Positions 9,245 through 19,106 of a stretch of 64,000 nucleotides of DNA are shown piece by piece (position 1 is the stretch's first letter; each line of letters starts with the position of its first letter). The notes under the pieces are model-generated. The model was given only the letters and a program-made list of their open reading frames with translations. It made no database searches and had not been told where the DNA came from. Made by a program: the position numbers and the translations under genes. Source of the DNA: Candidatus Oxydemutatoraceae bacterium (GTDB lineage Bacteria > Pseudomonadota > Gammaproteobacteria > Poriferisulfidales > Oxydemutatoraceae). Location of the stretch: NCBI GenBank assembly GCA_965223735.1, contig OZ245010.1, positions 276,924 through 340,923 on the forward strand, in the 5' to 3' direction.

Positions 9245-9602
9245 TGGTGGAGGCGGCGGGAATCGAACCCGCGTCCGCAAATTTTCCGCCTTCGGCACTA
9301 CATGCTTAGTCTCGCGCTTAATTTGACCTGCCGTGCCCGGCGAGACGGGGCAGACCGGCAGGCGGTCCCGCTAGAAGTCTGACAGATCGTTCGCGGGCAC
9401 TCCGATCCGTGAGCCTGTAAGTATGACCCTCGTTACGCAGTCACAGGCACCTGTCGTGCGAGGGGCGTGGCCGGTTTTTTAGGCCGCCAGTGCGTAGTTG
9501 TCTTCGTTGGCAACTATTGGTTTGCAGTTTGTTTTACGAGTACACCGCAAACTCGGCATGCACCTCAGGGTTCGCAATCCACGTCGAAGCCGGATCGCCC
9601 CC
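9245..9602 (-). ncRNA. ssrA: tmRNA (SsrA), ~358 nt
   Basis: On the reverse strand the 5' end is GGGGGCGATCCGGCTTCGACGTGGATTGCGAACCC... and the 3' tRNA-like end is ...GCGGGTTCGATTCCCGCCGCCTCCACCA. The internal tag reading frame is GCC AAC GAA GAC AAC TAC GCA CTG GCG GCC TAA ([10 protein letters not shown]), preceded by the resume signal CAAUAGUU. Confidence 0.92.
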
Positions 9603-9645
9603 GGAATGTGAGGCGGAACTCTACCATACCGGGGGTTTTTTGGCT

Positions 9646-12600
9646 ATGATAGCCGCCTTGATGCAGGTTTTTTTCGGTCCCCAGGCTCATTCAGAATCCG
9701 ACCGTCAGCGGTTGCTTCGGCGGATACGCGCGAATGGCGCGTCGGCCGAGACTCTCCACGCCTGCCTGCTATATTGTCTCGACATTGAAACCGCGCTCGA
9801 CGAAGCGGATACCGCAAAGCTTCGTTTCCTGCTCGGTTGCATCGACGAAGTCGCTCCCGCTGAAGGCATGCAGTTGCGCGTGTTGCCGAGAGTCGGCACG
9901 ATTTCGCCGTGGTCAAGCAAGGCGACCGATATTCTGCGTATTGCTGGCCTTTTGAATGTCAGGCGGATTGAGTGCGGGCGGCACTATACCCTCGAAGGCG
10001 GGCCTCTGAGCGATGAGCAACGCGCCGCTGTCGCCGATTTGCTCAGCGACCGCATGACCGAGCAGGTCTGCGGCGTCAGCGATGACGATATCGCCGCGCT
10101 GTTTGCCGCGCCTGCGCCGCGCCCGCTCGAAGAAATCGCCCTCGGTTCCGCGCCCGTGAGCGCGCTGGCTGACGCCGGTCGCAGGTTCGGCCTCGCCCTG
10201 TCCGACGATGAGATTGATTACCTCGCCGGGCATTACCGGCGCCTTGCCCGCTCGCCGACCGACGCCGAGTTGATGATGTTCGCCCAGGTCAACTCGGAAC
10301 ATTGCCGACATAAAATTTTCAACGCCACGTGGACGCTCGACAGGCGCAGGCAGGACGCAAGTCTGTTTGACATGGTGCGTCATACGAGCATGTGCGCGCC
10401 AGCGGGCGTGCTGGTTGCCTACGACGACAATTCGGCTGTGATTGAAGGCGCGCGGGGGGTGCGCTGGCAGGCCGACCCGGCGACGCGCCGGTACGGTTAC
10501 GTCGCCGAACCATTGCCGATCCTGATGAAAGTGGAAACCCACAACCACCCGACGGCAATCTCGCCTTTTCCGGGCGCGGCGACCGGTTCGGGCGGCGAGA
10601 TCCGCGACGAAGTCGCGACCGGCCGCGGCGGGCGTCCGAAAGCCGGGTTGTGCGGTTTCAGCGTATCGGATCTGCGTCTGCCGGATGCCCCGCGCGCCTG
10701 GGAGGCGGCTGAAAGCAGGCCGCCGTGGATCGCGTCGCCTTTGCAGATCATGCTCGAGGCGCCGATCGGTGCGGCGACATTCAACAACGAATTCGGCCGT
10801 CCCTGTCTCGCCGGCTACTTCAGGACTTTGGAATGCCGCAGCGATGGGATACGGCGCGGGTACCACAAGCCGATCATGGTCGCCGGCGGTTTCGGCAATC
10901 TGCGCCGCGTTCACGTGAATAAGCGGAAGTTTCCACCGCACACGCCGATCGTCGTGCTCGGCGGCCCGGCGATGCTGATCGGTCTCAGGGGCGGTACCGC
11001 GTCCTCGCGGGGCGGTGGTGATTGCGGCGAGGCGCTTGACTTTGCTTCAGTGCAGCGTGGCAACGCCGAAATGCAGCGTCGCTGCCAGGAAGTGATCGAG
11101 CAAAGTACGGCGCTGGGGGAACATAACCCGATCCTCGCGATCCACGACGTCGGTGCAGGAGGGCTGTCCAACGCGGTGCCGGAATTGATCGCCGGAGCGG
11201 GTGTTGGCGGGCGCTTTGAATTACGTGATATTCCTAGCGCCGACAAAGGAATGTCGCCGATGGAGATCTGGTGCAATGAGGCGCAGGAGCGATATGTCGC
11301 GGCGGTGGCAGCCTTGGATCGTTTCATTGCGATCTGCGGGCGCGAGCGCTGTCCCGTGGCGGTGATCGGTATGGCAACCGAAGGCGACCGGCTCGAATTG
11401 CAAGACCGTCTGTTCGGCGCTGAGGTGATCTCAATCGCTCTGCCGACATTGCTTGGAGAAGTTCCGAAAGTTCATAAGGATATAGCTATAACTTCTTGTG
11501 ATAAAAAGACTATTGACACCCATGGCATCACGGTGGAGACCGCCCTCGAGCGCGTGCTCGCTTTGCCGGCGGTCGGCTCAAAGTCGTTTTTGATCACCAT
11601 CGGCGACCGCACCGTCGGTGGTCTCGCGGTGCGCGACCAGATGGTCGGTCCCTGGCAGGTGCCGGTCGCGGATTGTGCAGTCTGTGCGGCGGATTTCGTG
11701 CATTACGCGGGCGAGGCGATGGCGATGGGGGAGCGTGCGCCGCCGGCGGTGTTTGACGCGCCCGCGTCAGGTCGTCTCGCAGTTGCGGAAGCGGTGACCA
11801 ACCTGCTGGCCGCCGACGTGCGCACGCTGTCCGATATCCGCCTGTCGGCGAACTGGATGGCGGCTTGTGGCGACGCCGGGGATGACCTCGCTTTGTTCCG
11901 TACGGTGCAGGCTGTCGCCGGGGAGCTGTGCCCCGCGCTCGGCATCGCGATCCCGGTCGGCAAGGATTCGTTGTCGATGCAGACCGTCTGGCGGGCTGAG
12001 GAGCAAGCGGCGGGGCAGGATGGCAACGTTCGGGAGGAACGGGTCAGGGCGCCGTTGTCGCTGATCGTGTCGGCGTTTGCCCCGGTCGGCGACGTGCGCC
12101 GTACCTGGACACCGCAGTTGACGCCGCGCGGAGACTGCCCTTTGTTCCTGTTCAACCTGTCTGGCGGAAAGCGGCGGCTCGGTGGCTCGGCGTTGGCGCA
12201 GGTCTTCAACCTCGACGGTGGCCCCTGTGCCGATCTTGACGATCCGGTGCGCCTCAAACGCTTCTCTGAGCTGCTTGCGGCCCTGCGGGAAAAGGAGGCG
12301 GTGCTTGCGTACCACGACTGCTCGGACGGCGGGCTTTTTGTGACCTTGTGCGAAATGGCGTTTGCCGGTCACTGCGGACTTGAAGTCACGCTCGACGCGC
12401 TCGGCGGCGAGGCCTTGTCGGCGCTGTTCACCGAAGAGCCCGGCGCGGTGTTGCAGGTTGCTCCTGGAGCGGCGGATACGATGACGGCGCTGGCTGAGCA
12501 GTACGGTCTCGGCGACGTCTGTTTTCCGCTCGGTCGTGCGGACGGCGGCAAAGTCGTTCGTATCAGCCGGGGGGATCAGGTCTGGCGCTGGGACCTGATG

Positions 12601-13557
12601 GCGCTGAAGCGACGCTGGTGGGAGACGAGTTACCGTATTCAGTCGTTGCGCGATGATCCCGACTGCGCGCGTGAGGAATTGGAGCACGTATGCGATGCCG
12701 ACGCGCCCGGGCTGAACGCCGTGCCGGCCTTTGATCTGGAGGATGTGGAGCCGCCCCGGGCCGCGCCTGAGATCGTCGCCAATGCGCCACCCGAGGTGGC
12801 GATTCTCAGGGAACAGGGCGTCAACGGGCAGATGGAGATGGCCGCGGCTTTTGATCGCGCCGGCTTCACCGCGGTGGACGTGCACATGAGCGACTTGCTG
12901 ACGGGGGGGGGGTCGCTCACCCGGTTTCACGGCCTTGCCGTTTGCGGTGGTTTTTCCTACGGCGACGTGCTCGGTGCCGGACGCGGCTGGGCGGCGTCGG
13001 TCTTGTTTCATGACGCGGTGCGCGCTGAGTTTGAAGCGTTTTTTGCGCGCGACGATACGTTCACGCTCGGTGTATGCAACGGCTGTCAGATGTTGTCGCA
13101 TCTCAAGACACTGATCCCGGGCGCCGCACATTTTCCGCGCTTTGATAAAAACCGCTCCGGTCGTTTTGAGGCGCGTCTGTGCATGGTCGAGGTCATGGAT
13201 TCACCGTCGCTGCTGCTGCGCGGCATGGCAGGTTCGCATTTGCCGATCGTCGTCGCGCACGGTGAAGGCAGGGCGGTGTTTGAGTCCACGACGCAGGCTG
13301 ATGTCGAATCTTACGTCTGCCTGCGATATGCCAGCAGGCCGGGGTGCGCTGCTGCGGCTTACCCGATCAACCCTAACGGCAGTCCGGGTGGCGTCACCGC
13401 CCTGTGCAGCGAGGACGGGCGGGCGACCGTAATGATGCCGCATCCCGAACGCCTTTTTCGCAGTGTGCAGTATTCGTGGCGCCCCGGGAATTGGAACGAA
13501 ACCGGCCCGTGGTTTAAACTGTTCCGCAACGCGCGCACCTGGCTTGATCCCCGGTGA
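9646..13557 (+). CDS. purL: Phosphoribosylformylglycinamidine synthase, single-chain large form (PurL)
   Basis: About 1300 aa, colinear with enterobacterial PurL ([19 protein letters not shown]..., the AIR-synthase-like repeats and the C-terminal glutaminase domain GVCNGCQML). The start was set at ATG 9646 (alternative 9661). The ORF-track extension back to 9490 overlaps ssrA and is rejected. Confidence 0.9.
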   Translation: MIAALMQVFFGPQAHSESDRQRLLRRIRANGASAETLHACLLYCLDIETALDEADTAKLRFLLGCIDEVAPAEGMQLRVLPRVGTISPWSSKATDILRIAGLLNVRRIECGRHYTLEGGPLSDEQRAAVADLLSDRMTEQVCGVSDDDIAALFAAPAPRPLEEIALGSAPVSALADAGRRFGLALSDDEIDYLAGHYRRLARSPTDAELMMFAQVNSEHCRHKIFNATWTLDRRRQDASLFDMVRHTSMCAPAGVLVAYDDNSAVIEGARGVRWQADPATRRYGYVAEPLPILMKVETHNHPTAISPFPGAATGSGGEIRDEVATGRGGRPKAGLCGFSVSDLRLPDAPRAWEAAESRPPWIASPLQIMLEAPIGAATFNNEFGRPCLAGYFRTLECRSDGIRRGYHKPIMVAGGFGNLRRVHVNKRKFPPHTPIVVLGGPAMLIGLRGGTASSRGGGDCGEALDFASVQRGNAEMQRRCQEVIEQSTALGEHNPILAIHDVGAGGLSNAVPELIAGAGVGGRFELRDIPSADKGMSPMEIWCNEAQERYVAAVAALDRFIAICGRERCPVAVIGMATEGDRLELQDRLFGAEVISIALPTLLGEVPKVHKDIAITSCDKKTIDTHGITVETALERVLALPAVGSKSFLITIGDRTVGGLAVRDQMVGPWQVPVADCAVCAADFVHYAGEAMAMGERAPPAVFDAPASGRLAVAEAVTNLLAADVRTLSDIRLSANWMAACGDAGDDLALFRTVQAVAGELCPALGIAIPVGKDSLSMQTVWRAEEQAAGQDGNVREERVRAPLSLIVSAFAPVGDVRRTWTPQLTPRGDCPLFLFNLSGGKRRLGGSALAQVFNLDGGPCADLDDPVRLKRFSELLAALREKEAVLAYHDCSDGGLFVTLCEMAFAGHCGLEVTLDALGGEALSALFTEEPGAVLQVAPGAADTMTALAEQYGLGDVCFPLGRADGGKVVRISRGDQVWRWDLMALKRRWWETSYRIQSLRDDPDCAREELEHVCDADAPGLNAVPAFDLEDVEPPRAAPEIVANAPPEVAILREQGVNGQMEMAAAFDRAGFTAVDVHMSDLLTGGGSLTRFHGLAVCGGFSYGDVLGAGRGWAASVLFHDAVRAEFEAFFARDDTFTLGVCNGCQMLSHLKTLIPGAAHFPRFDKNRSGRFEARLCMVEVMDSPSLLLRGMAGSHLPIVVAHGEGRAVFESTTQADVESYVCLRYASRPGCAAAAYPINPNGSPGGVTALCSEDGRATVMMPHPERLFRSVQYSWRPGNWNETGPWFKLFRNARTWLDPR

Positions 13558-13603
13558 TCTGAAGTCCGCCGGGTTGTACGCCGTTGAATTTGAGGATGTC
13601 CGG

Positions 13604-14560
13604 ATGCTGATCAGAACACGCCCGTTGTCGCAACCCGCCGCTTCCGAGATCACGCCCGAAGCCGTTTACCGCTCGCGCCGGCGATTCATCAGGCAGGCGA
13701 CCGGCTTCGCCGCGGGCGGTCTGCTCGCGGGCGGCGCGAACGCCGCGCTGACGGTGGGCATGGGAGACCTGCCCGACAGCCGCTATAACACCGACGAGGA
13801 ACTCACTCCGTACAAGGATGTCACGACCTACAACAATTTCTATGAACTCGGCAGCCGCAAGAGCGATCCGGCCAAGAACGCTCACCGGCTTGTCACCGAG
13901 CCGTGGACAGTGGAAGTCGCCGGCGAATGTGAAAAGCCCGGAAGGTTTTCAATCGAGGACTTTGTGAAGCCGCATAAACTTGAAGACCGGATCTATCGCC
14001 TGCGTTGCGTTGAAGCATGGTCGATGGTGATTCCGTGGGTCGGTTTTGAAGTCAACGAACTGCTGGAGCGCGTACAGCCGACCTCGCGCGCGAAATACGT
14101 TGCGTTCCAGTCGATTTTGGACCCTGAAAATTTGCCCGAACAGCGCCGGAAAGGCCTTTTCAGCTCGCTCGACTGGCCGTACCGTGAAGGTCTCAGGATT
14201 GATGAGGCGATGAATCCGCTCGCGATCTTTGCCGTCGGTCTGTACGGCAAGGCGTTGCTGAACCAGAACGGCGCGCCGTTACGTCTGGTTCTGCCGTGGA
14301 AATACGGCTTCAAGAGCGGCAAGTCGATCGTCAGGATTGAACTGGTTGAGAGGCAGCCGCCGACGGCGTGGGGCAGGGCGGCGCCGAGCGAGTATGGTTT
14401 TTATTCCAACGTCAATCCGAGCGTTGACCATCCGCGCTGGTCGCAACGCCGTGAGCGCAGGATCGGGGAATTCATCAAGCGCAAGACCCTGATGTTCAAC
14501 GGCTACGAAGAGGAAGTCGCTTACCTGTATCGGGGCATGGACCTGAAAAAGAACTTCTGA
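13604..14560 (+). CDS. msrP: Protein-methionine-sulfoxide reductase catalytic subunit MsrP (YedY), molybdopterin enzyme with a Tat signal
   Basis: MLIRTRPLS...[17 protein letters not shown] is a Tat leader. The YedY core is conserved and it is followed by msrQ. The start was moved from the ORF-track 13463, which would overlap purL. Confidence 0.88.
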   Translation: MLIRTRPLSQPAASEITPEAVYRSRRRFIRQATGFAAGGLLAGGANAALTVGMGDLPDSRYNTDEELTPYKDVTTYNNFYELGSRKSDPAKNAHRLVTEPWTVEVAGECEKPGRFSIEDFVKPHKLEDRIYRLRCVEAWSMVIPWVGFEVNELLERVQPTSRAKYVAFQSILDPENLPEQRRKGLFSSLDWPYREGLRIDEAMNPLAIFAVGLYGKALLNQNGAPLRLVLPWKYGFKSGKSIVRIELVERQPPTAWGRAAPSEYGFYSNVNPSVDHPRWSQRRERRIGEFIKRKTLMFNGYEEEVAYLYRGMDLKKNF

Positions 14561-14576
14561 TCCGGCGGCATCCTCA

Positions 14577-15161
14577 GTGATCGTCGCCAGACCGCTTGTT
14601 CACGTTGCCTGCCTGGTTCCGCTTGCGTGGATGCTCTGGCAGGTGATCAGTGGCGGCGCCGGCGCCAACCCGATCGAATATCTCACCCGTGGCATCGGCG
14701 ACTGGGCCTTGCGCCTGCTGCTGATCACCTTGTCGGTGCGTCCGCTGGCGAGGTTGCTGAAACAGCCGCTGCTGATGCGCCACCGCCGCGCGATCGGGCT
14801 GTACGTGTTCTTTTACGCGCTGTGTCATCTGACGACTTATCTGTGGTTTGACCAGTTTTTTGACTGGGCGGAGATCGCGCGCGACATCGCAAAGCGCCCG
14901 TTCATACTCGCCGGTTTCGGTTCCTTTGTATTGCTGATCCCGCTCGCAGCCACCTCCAACCGTTTCTCGACCATCCGCTTGAAGCAGCGGTGGAAGCAAT
15001 TGCATACGCTGATTTACGTAATTGCCTGCACCTCGCTGCTGCATTACACGTGGATGGTGCGTGCTGATTTCAACAAGGCCTGGCTTTATGCTTTGATCCT
15101 CGCGCTGCTGCTGGGATATCGCCTGTGGGTTTACACGTCGCGCAGGCTGTTGCAGGCGTAG
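14577..15161 (+). CDS. msrQ: Protein-methionine-sulfoxide reductase haem-binding subunit MsrQ (YedZ)
   Basis: 194-aa membrane protein with YedZ-like helices (LRLLLITLSVRPL..., conserved His), immediately downstream of msrP. Confidence 0.85.
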   Translation: MIVARPLVHVACLVPLAWMLWQVISGGAGANPIEYLTRGIGDWALRLLLITLSVRPLARLLKQPLLMRHRRAIGLYVFFYALCHLTTYLWFDQFFDWAEIARDIAKRPFILAGFGSFVLLIPLAATSNRFSTIRLKQRWKQLHTLIYVIACTSLLHYTWMVRADFNKAWLYALILALLLGYRLWVYTSRRLLQA

Positions 15162-15427
15162 CGGTAACCAGTCATATCTTGTTTCTGGGTGTATGTAATC
15201 TGCAAGGAAGTTCGCAGAAAACGCAAGGAAAAAATTAAACTTTTGCACGCGGCATCCGTGCCCGGATAAAGACTCTTGCATCGAGGATCATACGTGCTGT
15301 TCTCGGCCGCTGACTTCCATGTCACCTGTCCGAACCCCTTTATTAACTGCAATAAGCGGGTTTATGCACAACGCAGCAAAATGGAGACTATTCACGCTGA
15401 GCAGAGGCAACAAGGAATTAAGTAGTT

Positions 15428-15685
15428 TCAGTTTTTAGCGAGTTTATTCAGAAGGTTTTCATACTTATATATGAATTCTGGATCTCTTTCGCCTTTTTGA
15501 TAAAAGACGAATGAGGGATATCCGTCGGCGGGCATAAGTCTCAGTTCAGATCTGATGCGTTTTATTGTCCCTCTATCTATGTCATCACCGTCATTTCTTA
15601 CGTTTATTTGTGTTTTTCTATGATCTCTTTTTATATTCCAAGCGTTACCGTAGGCTTCCAAATGAGTTACCTCTTTAGTGTTCAC
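15428..15685 (-). CDS. Hypothetical small protein (85 aa) in an AT-rich islet
   Basis: Intact ORF, MNTKEVTHLEAYGNAWNIKRDHRKTQINV...FVFYQKGERDPEFIYKYENLLNKLAKN. Its AT-rich codon usage is foreign to its neighbours. No family was recognised. Confidence 0.45.
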   Translation of the reverse strand: MNTKEVTHLEAYGNAWNIKRDHRKTQINVRNDGDDIDRGTIKRIRSELRLMPADGYPSFVFYQKGERDPEFIYKYENLLNKLAKN

Positions 15686-15727
15686 TTGACTTGTCCAACT
15701 CCAGGAAGTTCGCTTTGGTAGTGTGGT

Positions 15728-15994
15728 TTAGGTTCTTCGGGGGAAGGCAGAGGACTTTTTCTCGTGCCCGTGAGTTTTTTTCTCGGCTGTGTTTAGTGAT
15801 TCATTGTTTTTCTTCCTTTTTTTAAGCGTTGAGCAAATATCATCCCGGATTTCAGGCTCAAGAAGGTCATTTTCCTTAATATTGACTCCGATCTCATAGC
15901 ACGCTTTGATAACTTCTTGAGTGTCAATCTGCAACAGCTCGGCTATCTGCCAAGGCCTTCTGTTGGATCTGTTTTTTTGCATCTGTGTTTGCAT
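15728..15994 (-). CDS. Hypothetical small basic protein (88 aa) whose central segment resembles the IF2 N-terminal-domain helix-turn-helix fold
   Basis: MQTQMQKNRSNRRPWQIAELLQIDTQEVIKACYEIGVNIKENDLLEPEI... followed by a Lys-rich tail. It is co-directional with and 42 nt upstream of the 85-aa ORF. Confidence 0.45.
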   Translation of the reverse strand: MQTQMQKNRSNRRPWQIAELLQIDTQEVIKACYEIGVNIKENDLLEPEIRDDICSTLKKRKKNNESLNTAEKKTHGHEKKSSAFPRRT

Positions 15995-16177
15995 AGAGTT
16001 GATTTATTAAAACAAATAAGCTTCTCTGAATACAGTAATACCAAAGTCAGGTTCTCTCTTAATTGTAAAAAACCTTCATGTTAAAGAGATTTTAGCGGAA
16101 TTTAATATTGCCTCTTTCCCATAAGATAATGCTACAATATACAATTGTCATTTGGTAAAAACAACAAAAGATGAAAG

Positions 16178-17428
16178 ATGTTTTCCGACGACATGACAAT
16201 CGCAGGTTTTGATCCAGACCTGGCCGAAGCCATTGAGGCTGAAAGAAAGCGCCAGGAAGAACATATCGAGCTGATCGCTTCCGAAAACTACGCAAGCCCG
16301 CGGGTGCTCGAAGCCCAGGGATCGATGTTGACCAACAAATACGCCGAAGGTTATCCGGCGAAGCGTTATTACGGCGGCTGCGAGAATGTGGACGTCGCGG
16401 AACAGTTGGCGATCGACCGCCTCAGACAGTTGTACGGTGCCGACTACGCCAACGTGCAGCCTCACTCCGGGTCGCAGGCGAACGCCGCGGTGTACCTTGC
16501 GCTGTGCTCGCCCGGCGACACGATCATGGGCATGAGCCTCGCGCACGGCGGGCATTTGACGCACGGCGCGACGGTCAACTTCTCCGGGAAGATCTTCAAT
16601 GCGGTGCAGTACGGCATCGACGACGACGGCCTGATTGATTATGACGAGATGGAAGCGCAGGCGGTTGAGCACGAGCCGAAGATGCTGATCGGCGGCTTTT
16701 CCGCCTACTCACAGATCGTCGATTGGGAACGGATGCGCGAAATTGCCGACAAGGTCGGCGCCTACCTGGTGGTGGACATGGCGCACGTGTCGGGGCTGGT
16801 CGCGACCGGCGAATACCCAAATCCAGTGCCGTTCGCCGACGCGGTCACTTCGACGACGCATAAGAGCCTGCGCGGCCCGCGCGGCGGCTTCATCGTCGCC
16901 AGGGCAAACGACGAGATTACCAAAAAGTTCAATTCAATGGTGTTTCCCGGCACTCAGGGCGGGCCGCTGATGCACGTGATCGCAGCTAAGGCGGTGGCGT
17001 TTTACGAGGCATTGCAGCCCGAGTTCAGGGACTACATCCGCCAAGTGAAGAGCAACGCCAAGGTGATGGCGGAGACTTTGATCAAACGCGGTTACGAAGT
17101 GGTGTCGGGCGGCACCGAGAATCACTTGATGCTGGTCAGCCTGATCTCAAAGGGCATGACCGGCAAGGATGCTGACGCCGCGCTCGGCAGGGCGAACATC
17201 ACGGTGAATAAGAACAGCGTTCCGAATGACCCGGAGTCGCCGTTCGTGACCAGCGGCCTGCGCTTCGGAACCCCGGCAATCACCACGCGCGGATTCGGCA
17301 ACGGTGAGACCGAGTACCTGACCCACCTGATCTGCGACGTGCTCGATAACATGGACGACGAGCAAAATATCGGGCAGGTTGCCGGAAAAGTGAAGGAATT
17401 GTGCCGGAAGTTCCCCGTGTATCAGTAA
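16178..17428 (+). CDS. glyA: Serine hydroxymethyltransferase (GlyA)
   Basis: 416 aa with [43 protein letters not shown] and the PLP-lysine region [12 protein letters not shown]. Confidence 0.95.
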   Translation: MFSDDMTIAGFDPDLAEAIEAERKRQEEHIELIASENYASPRVLEAQGSMLTNKYAEGYPAKRYYGGCENVDVAEQLAIDRLRQLYGADYANVQPHSGSQANAAVYLALCSPGDTIMGMSLAHGGHLTHGATVNFSGKIFNAVQYGIDDDGLIDYDEMEAQAVEHEPKMLIGGFSAYSQIVDWERMREIADKVGAYLVVDMAHVSGLVATGEYPNPVPFADAVTSTTHKSLRGPRGGFIVARANDEITKKFNSMVFPGTQGGPLMHVIAAKAVAFYEALQPEFRDYIRQVKSNAKVMAETLIKRGYEVVSGGTENHLMLVSLISKGMTGKDADAALGRANITVNKNSVPNDPESPFVTSGLRFGTPAITTRGFGNGETEYLTHLICDVLDNMDDEQNIGQVAGKVKELCRKFPVYQ

Positions 17429-17455
17429 GCCGGGAAGGTGCAAGGGAGGCTTCCG

Positions 17456-18004
17456 ATGCAGTGCCCAGGTTGTGGTTCCCTGAAGAGTTCAGTTCTGGAC
17501 TCGCGCTATAAGCCACACATCAAGCAGAAGCGTCGCCGTCGCAAATGTAGGCAATGCGATAGGGAGTTTACGACCTTCGAGAAGGTGTCGAACACCCCGG
17601 GGCAATTGCCAAGGGTAATCAAGCGCGACGGGCGGCGTGAACCTTTTAATCGGGGCAAGCTCAGCAGAGGCGTGTTGCTGGCGGTCGCCAAACGTCCGAT
17701 CAGTACCGAAAGAGTGGACGATCTGGTCGATCAGGTTGCCGAGCGTCTGGCGAGTACCGGCAACAAGGAAGTGGAAGCCGAGAGCGTCGGTGAAGTCGTG
17801 ATGCAGGAACTCGGGCGGCTCGACCGCGTTGCCTATATTCGCTTTGCCTCGGTGTACCGAAACTTCAAGGACGCGGGCGCATTCAGGGAGGAGGCTGAAA
17901 CCGTAGAAAGATCGGCGCGCTCCCGCGTGTTCGATACGCAAAGGGATTTTGCTTTTGTCGAGGGCGGCCGGGTAAACGGTTCCGGCCAAGACGATGAGTC
18001 GTGA
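17456..18004 (+). CDS. nrdR: Transcriptional repressor NrdR (zinc ribbon plus ATP-cone)
   Basis: MQCPGCGSLKSSVLDSRYK...RRRKCRQCDREFTTFE is the zinc ribbon, and the ATP-cone carries VAYIRFASVYRNF. GGGAGG lies 6 nt upstream of the ATG at 17456. It has a C-terminal extension of about 25 aa relative to E. coli. Confidence 0.88.
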   Translation: MQCPGCGSLKSSVLDSRYKPHIKQKRRRRKCRQCDREFTTFEKVSNTPGQLPRVIKRDGRREPFNRGKLSRGVLLAVAKRPISTERVDDLVDQVAERLASTGNKEVEAESVGEVVMQELGRLDRVAYIRFASVYRNFKDAGAFREEAETVERSARSRVFDTQRDFAFVEGGRVNGSGQDDES

Positions 18005-19106
18005 AACGTCGGCGCGCGCAGATTCCCGGTACATGGCGCGAGCGCTGCAACTCGCCCGGCGCGGCTTCTACACGACAGCGCCCAATCCCCGCGTCGGCTG
18101 CGTCATCGCCAGCGAAGGGCGCATTGTTGGCGAAGGCTGGCATCTGAGAGCGGGCGGCGCACACGCCGAGGCTGTCGCGCTTGAACGCGCTGGCGGCGGC
18201 GCGCGGGACGCGACCGCCTACCTGACACTGGAACCCTGCAATCATCACGGGCGCACGCCGCCGTGCAGCGACGCGTTGATCGCTGCCGGCATTGCGCGTG
18301 CGGTGATCGCAGTGCGCGATCCCAACCCGCAGGTGACGGGCGGCGGCATCGCGGCGCTCGAGTCGGCCGGCGTCAAAACGAGCGTCGGGGTATGTGAGGC
18401 TCAGGCGCGCGAGTTGAACGCCGGTTTTTTCTCGCGTATGCAGCGCCACCGCCCATGGGTGCGGATCAAGTGGGGGATGAGTCTCGACGGGCGCGTGGCG
18501 CCGGTGTCGGGAAACAGCTGCTGGATTACCGGCGACGATGCGCGCCACGATGTGCAATTGCAGCGCGCGCGCTGCGGCGCTCTATTGACCGGCGCCGGCA
18601 CGGTGCTCGCCGATGATCCGCGTTTGAATGTTCGCCTGAGCGGCGGGGAACTGGGTATTGAGGAGGCGCCGCGTCAGCCTCTGCGCGTCGTCGTTGACGG
18701 GAGACTGCGGACTTCGCTCGACGCGCGGATCTATCGCCCGCCCGGGCGCGCGTTGCTTGCGACCTGCCGTGACGCCGCGGCGTTTGAGGGCGCCGGGGTC
18801 GAGGTCTGGCGCTTTTCGGAAGAAGACGGCCGCGTTCCATTGGTGCAGTTGCTCAGGCGTCTCGCCGAGCGGGAGATCAACGAAGTGCAGATCGAAGCCG
18901 GGCCCGGTCTGTCCGGTGCGTTGATTGAGCGGGGGCTGTATGATGAGATTTTGTTGTATGTCGCGCCTTGTCTGCTCGGCGGCGGCCTGCCGCCGGCCGG
19001 GCTCGACGGCATCACCGAGGTAGAGCAACGCGAGGCGCTCGAATGGCATGACCTGCGCAGAGTCGGGGGCGACCTCAGAATACTCATGCGACGGGGGGAA
19101 CAATAA
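17994..19106 (+). CDS. ribD: Bifunctional riboflavin biosynthesis protein RibD (pyrimidine deaminase / reductase)
   Basis: It has the deaminase zinc motifs HAEAVAL and PCNHHGRTPPC plus a C-terminal reductase domain. It sits in the glyA-nrdR-ribD context. Confidence 0.92.
   Translation: MSRETSARADSRYMARALQLARRGFYTTAPNPRVGCVIASEGRIVGEGWHLRAGGAHAEAVALERAGGGARDATAYLTLEPCNHHGRTPPCSDALIAAGIARAVIAVRDPNPQVTGGGIAALESAGVKTSVGVCEAQARELNAGFFSRMQRHRPWVRIKWGMSLDGRVAPVSGNSCWITGDDARHDVQLQRARCGALLTGAGTVLADDPRLNVRLSGGELGIEEAPRQPLRVVVDGRLRTSLDARIYRPPGRALLATCRDAAAFEGAGVEVWRFSEEDGRVPLVQLLRRLAEREINEVQIEAGPGLSGALIERGLYDEILLYVAPCLLGGGLPPAGLDGITEVEQREALEWHDLRRVGGDLRILMRRGEQ

Noticed and set aside
9490-9645. N-terminal extension of the purL ORF as given in the ORF track
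   Set aside because: It runs through the tmRNA gene on the opposite strand. The homology to PurL begins near [10 protein letters not shown] at 9646.
13463-13603. N-terminal extension of msrP
   Set aside because: It overlaps the purL 3' end. The Tat signal and MsrP homology start at ATG 13604.
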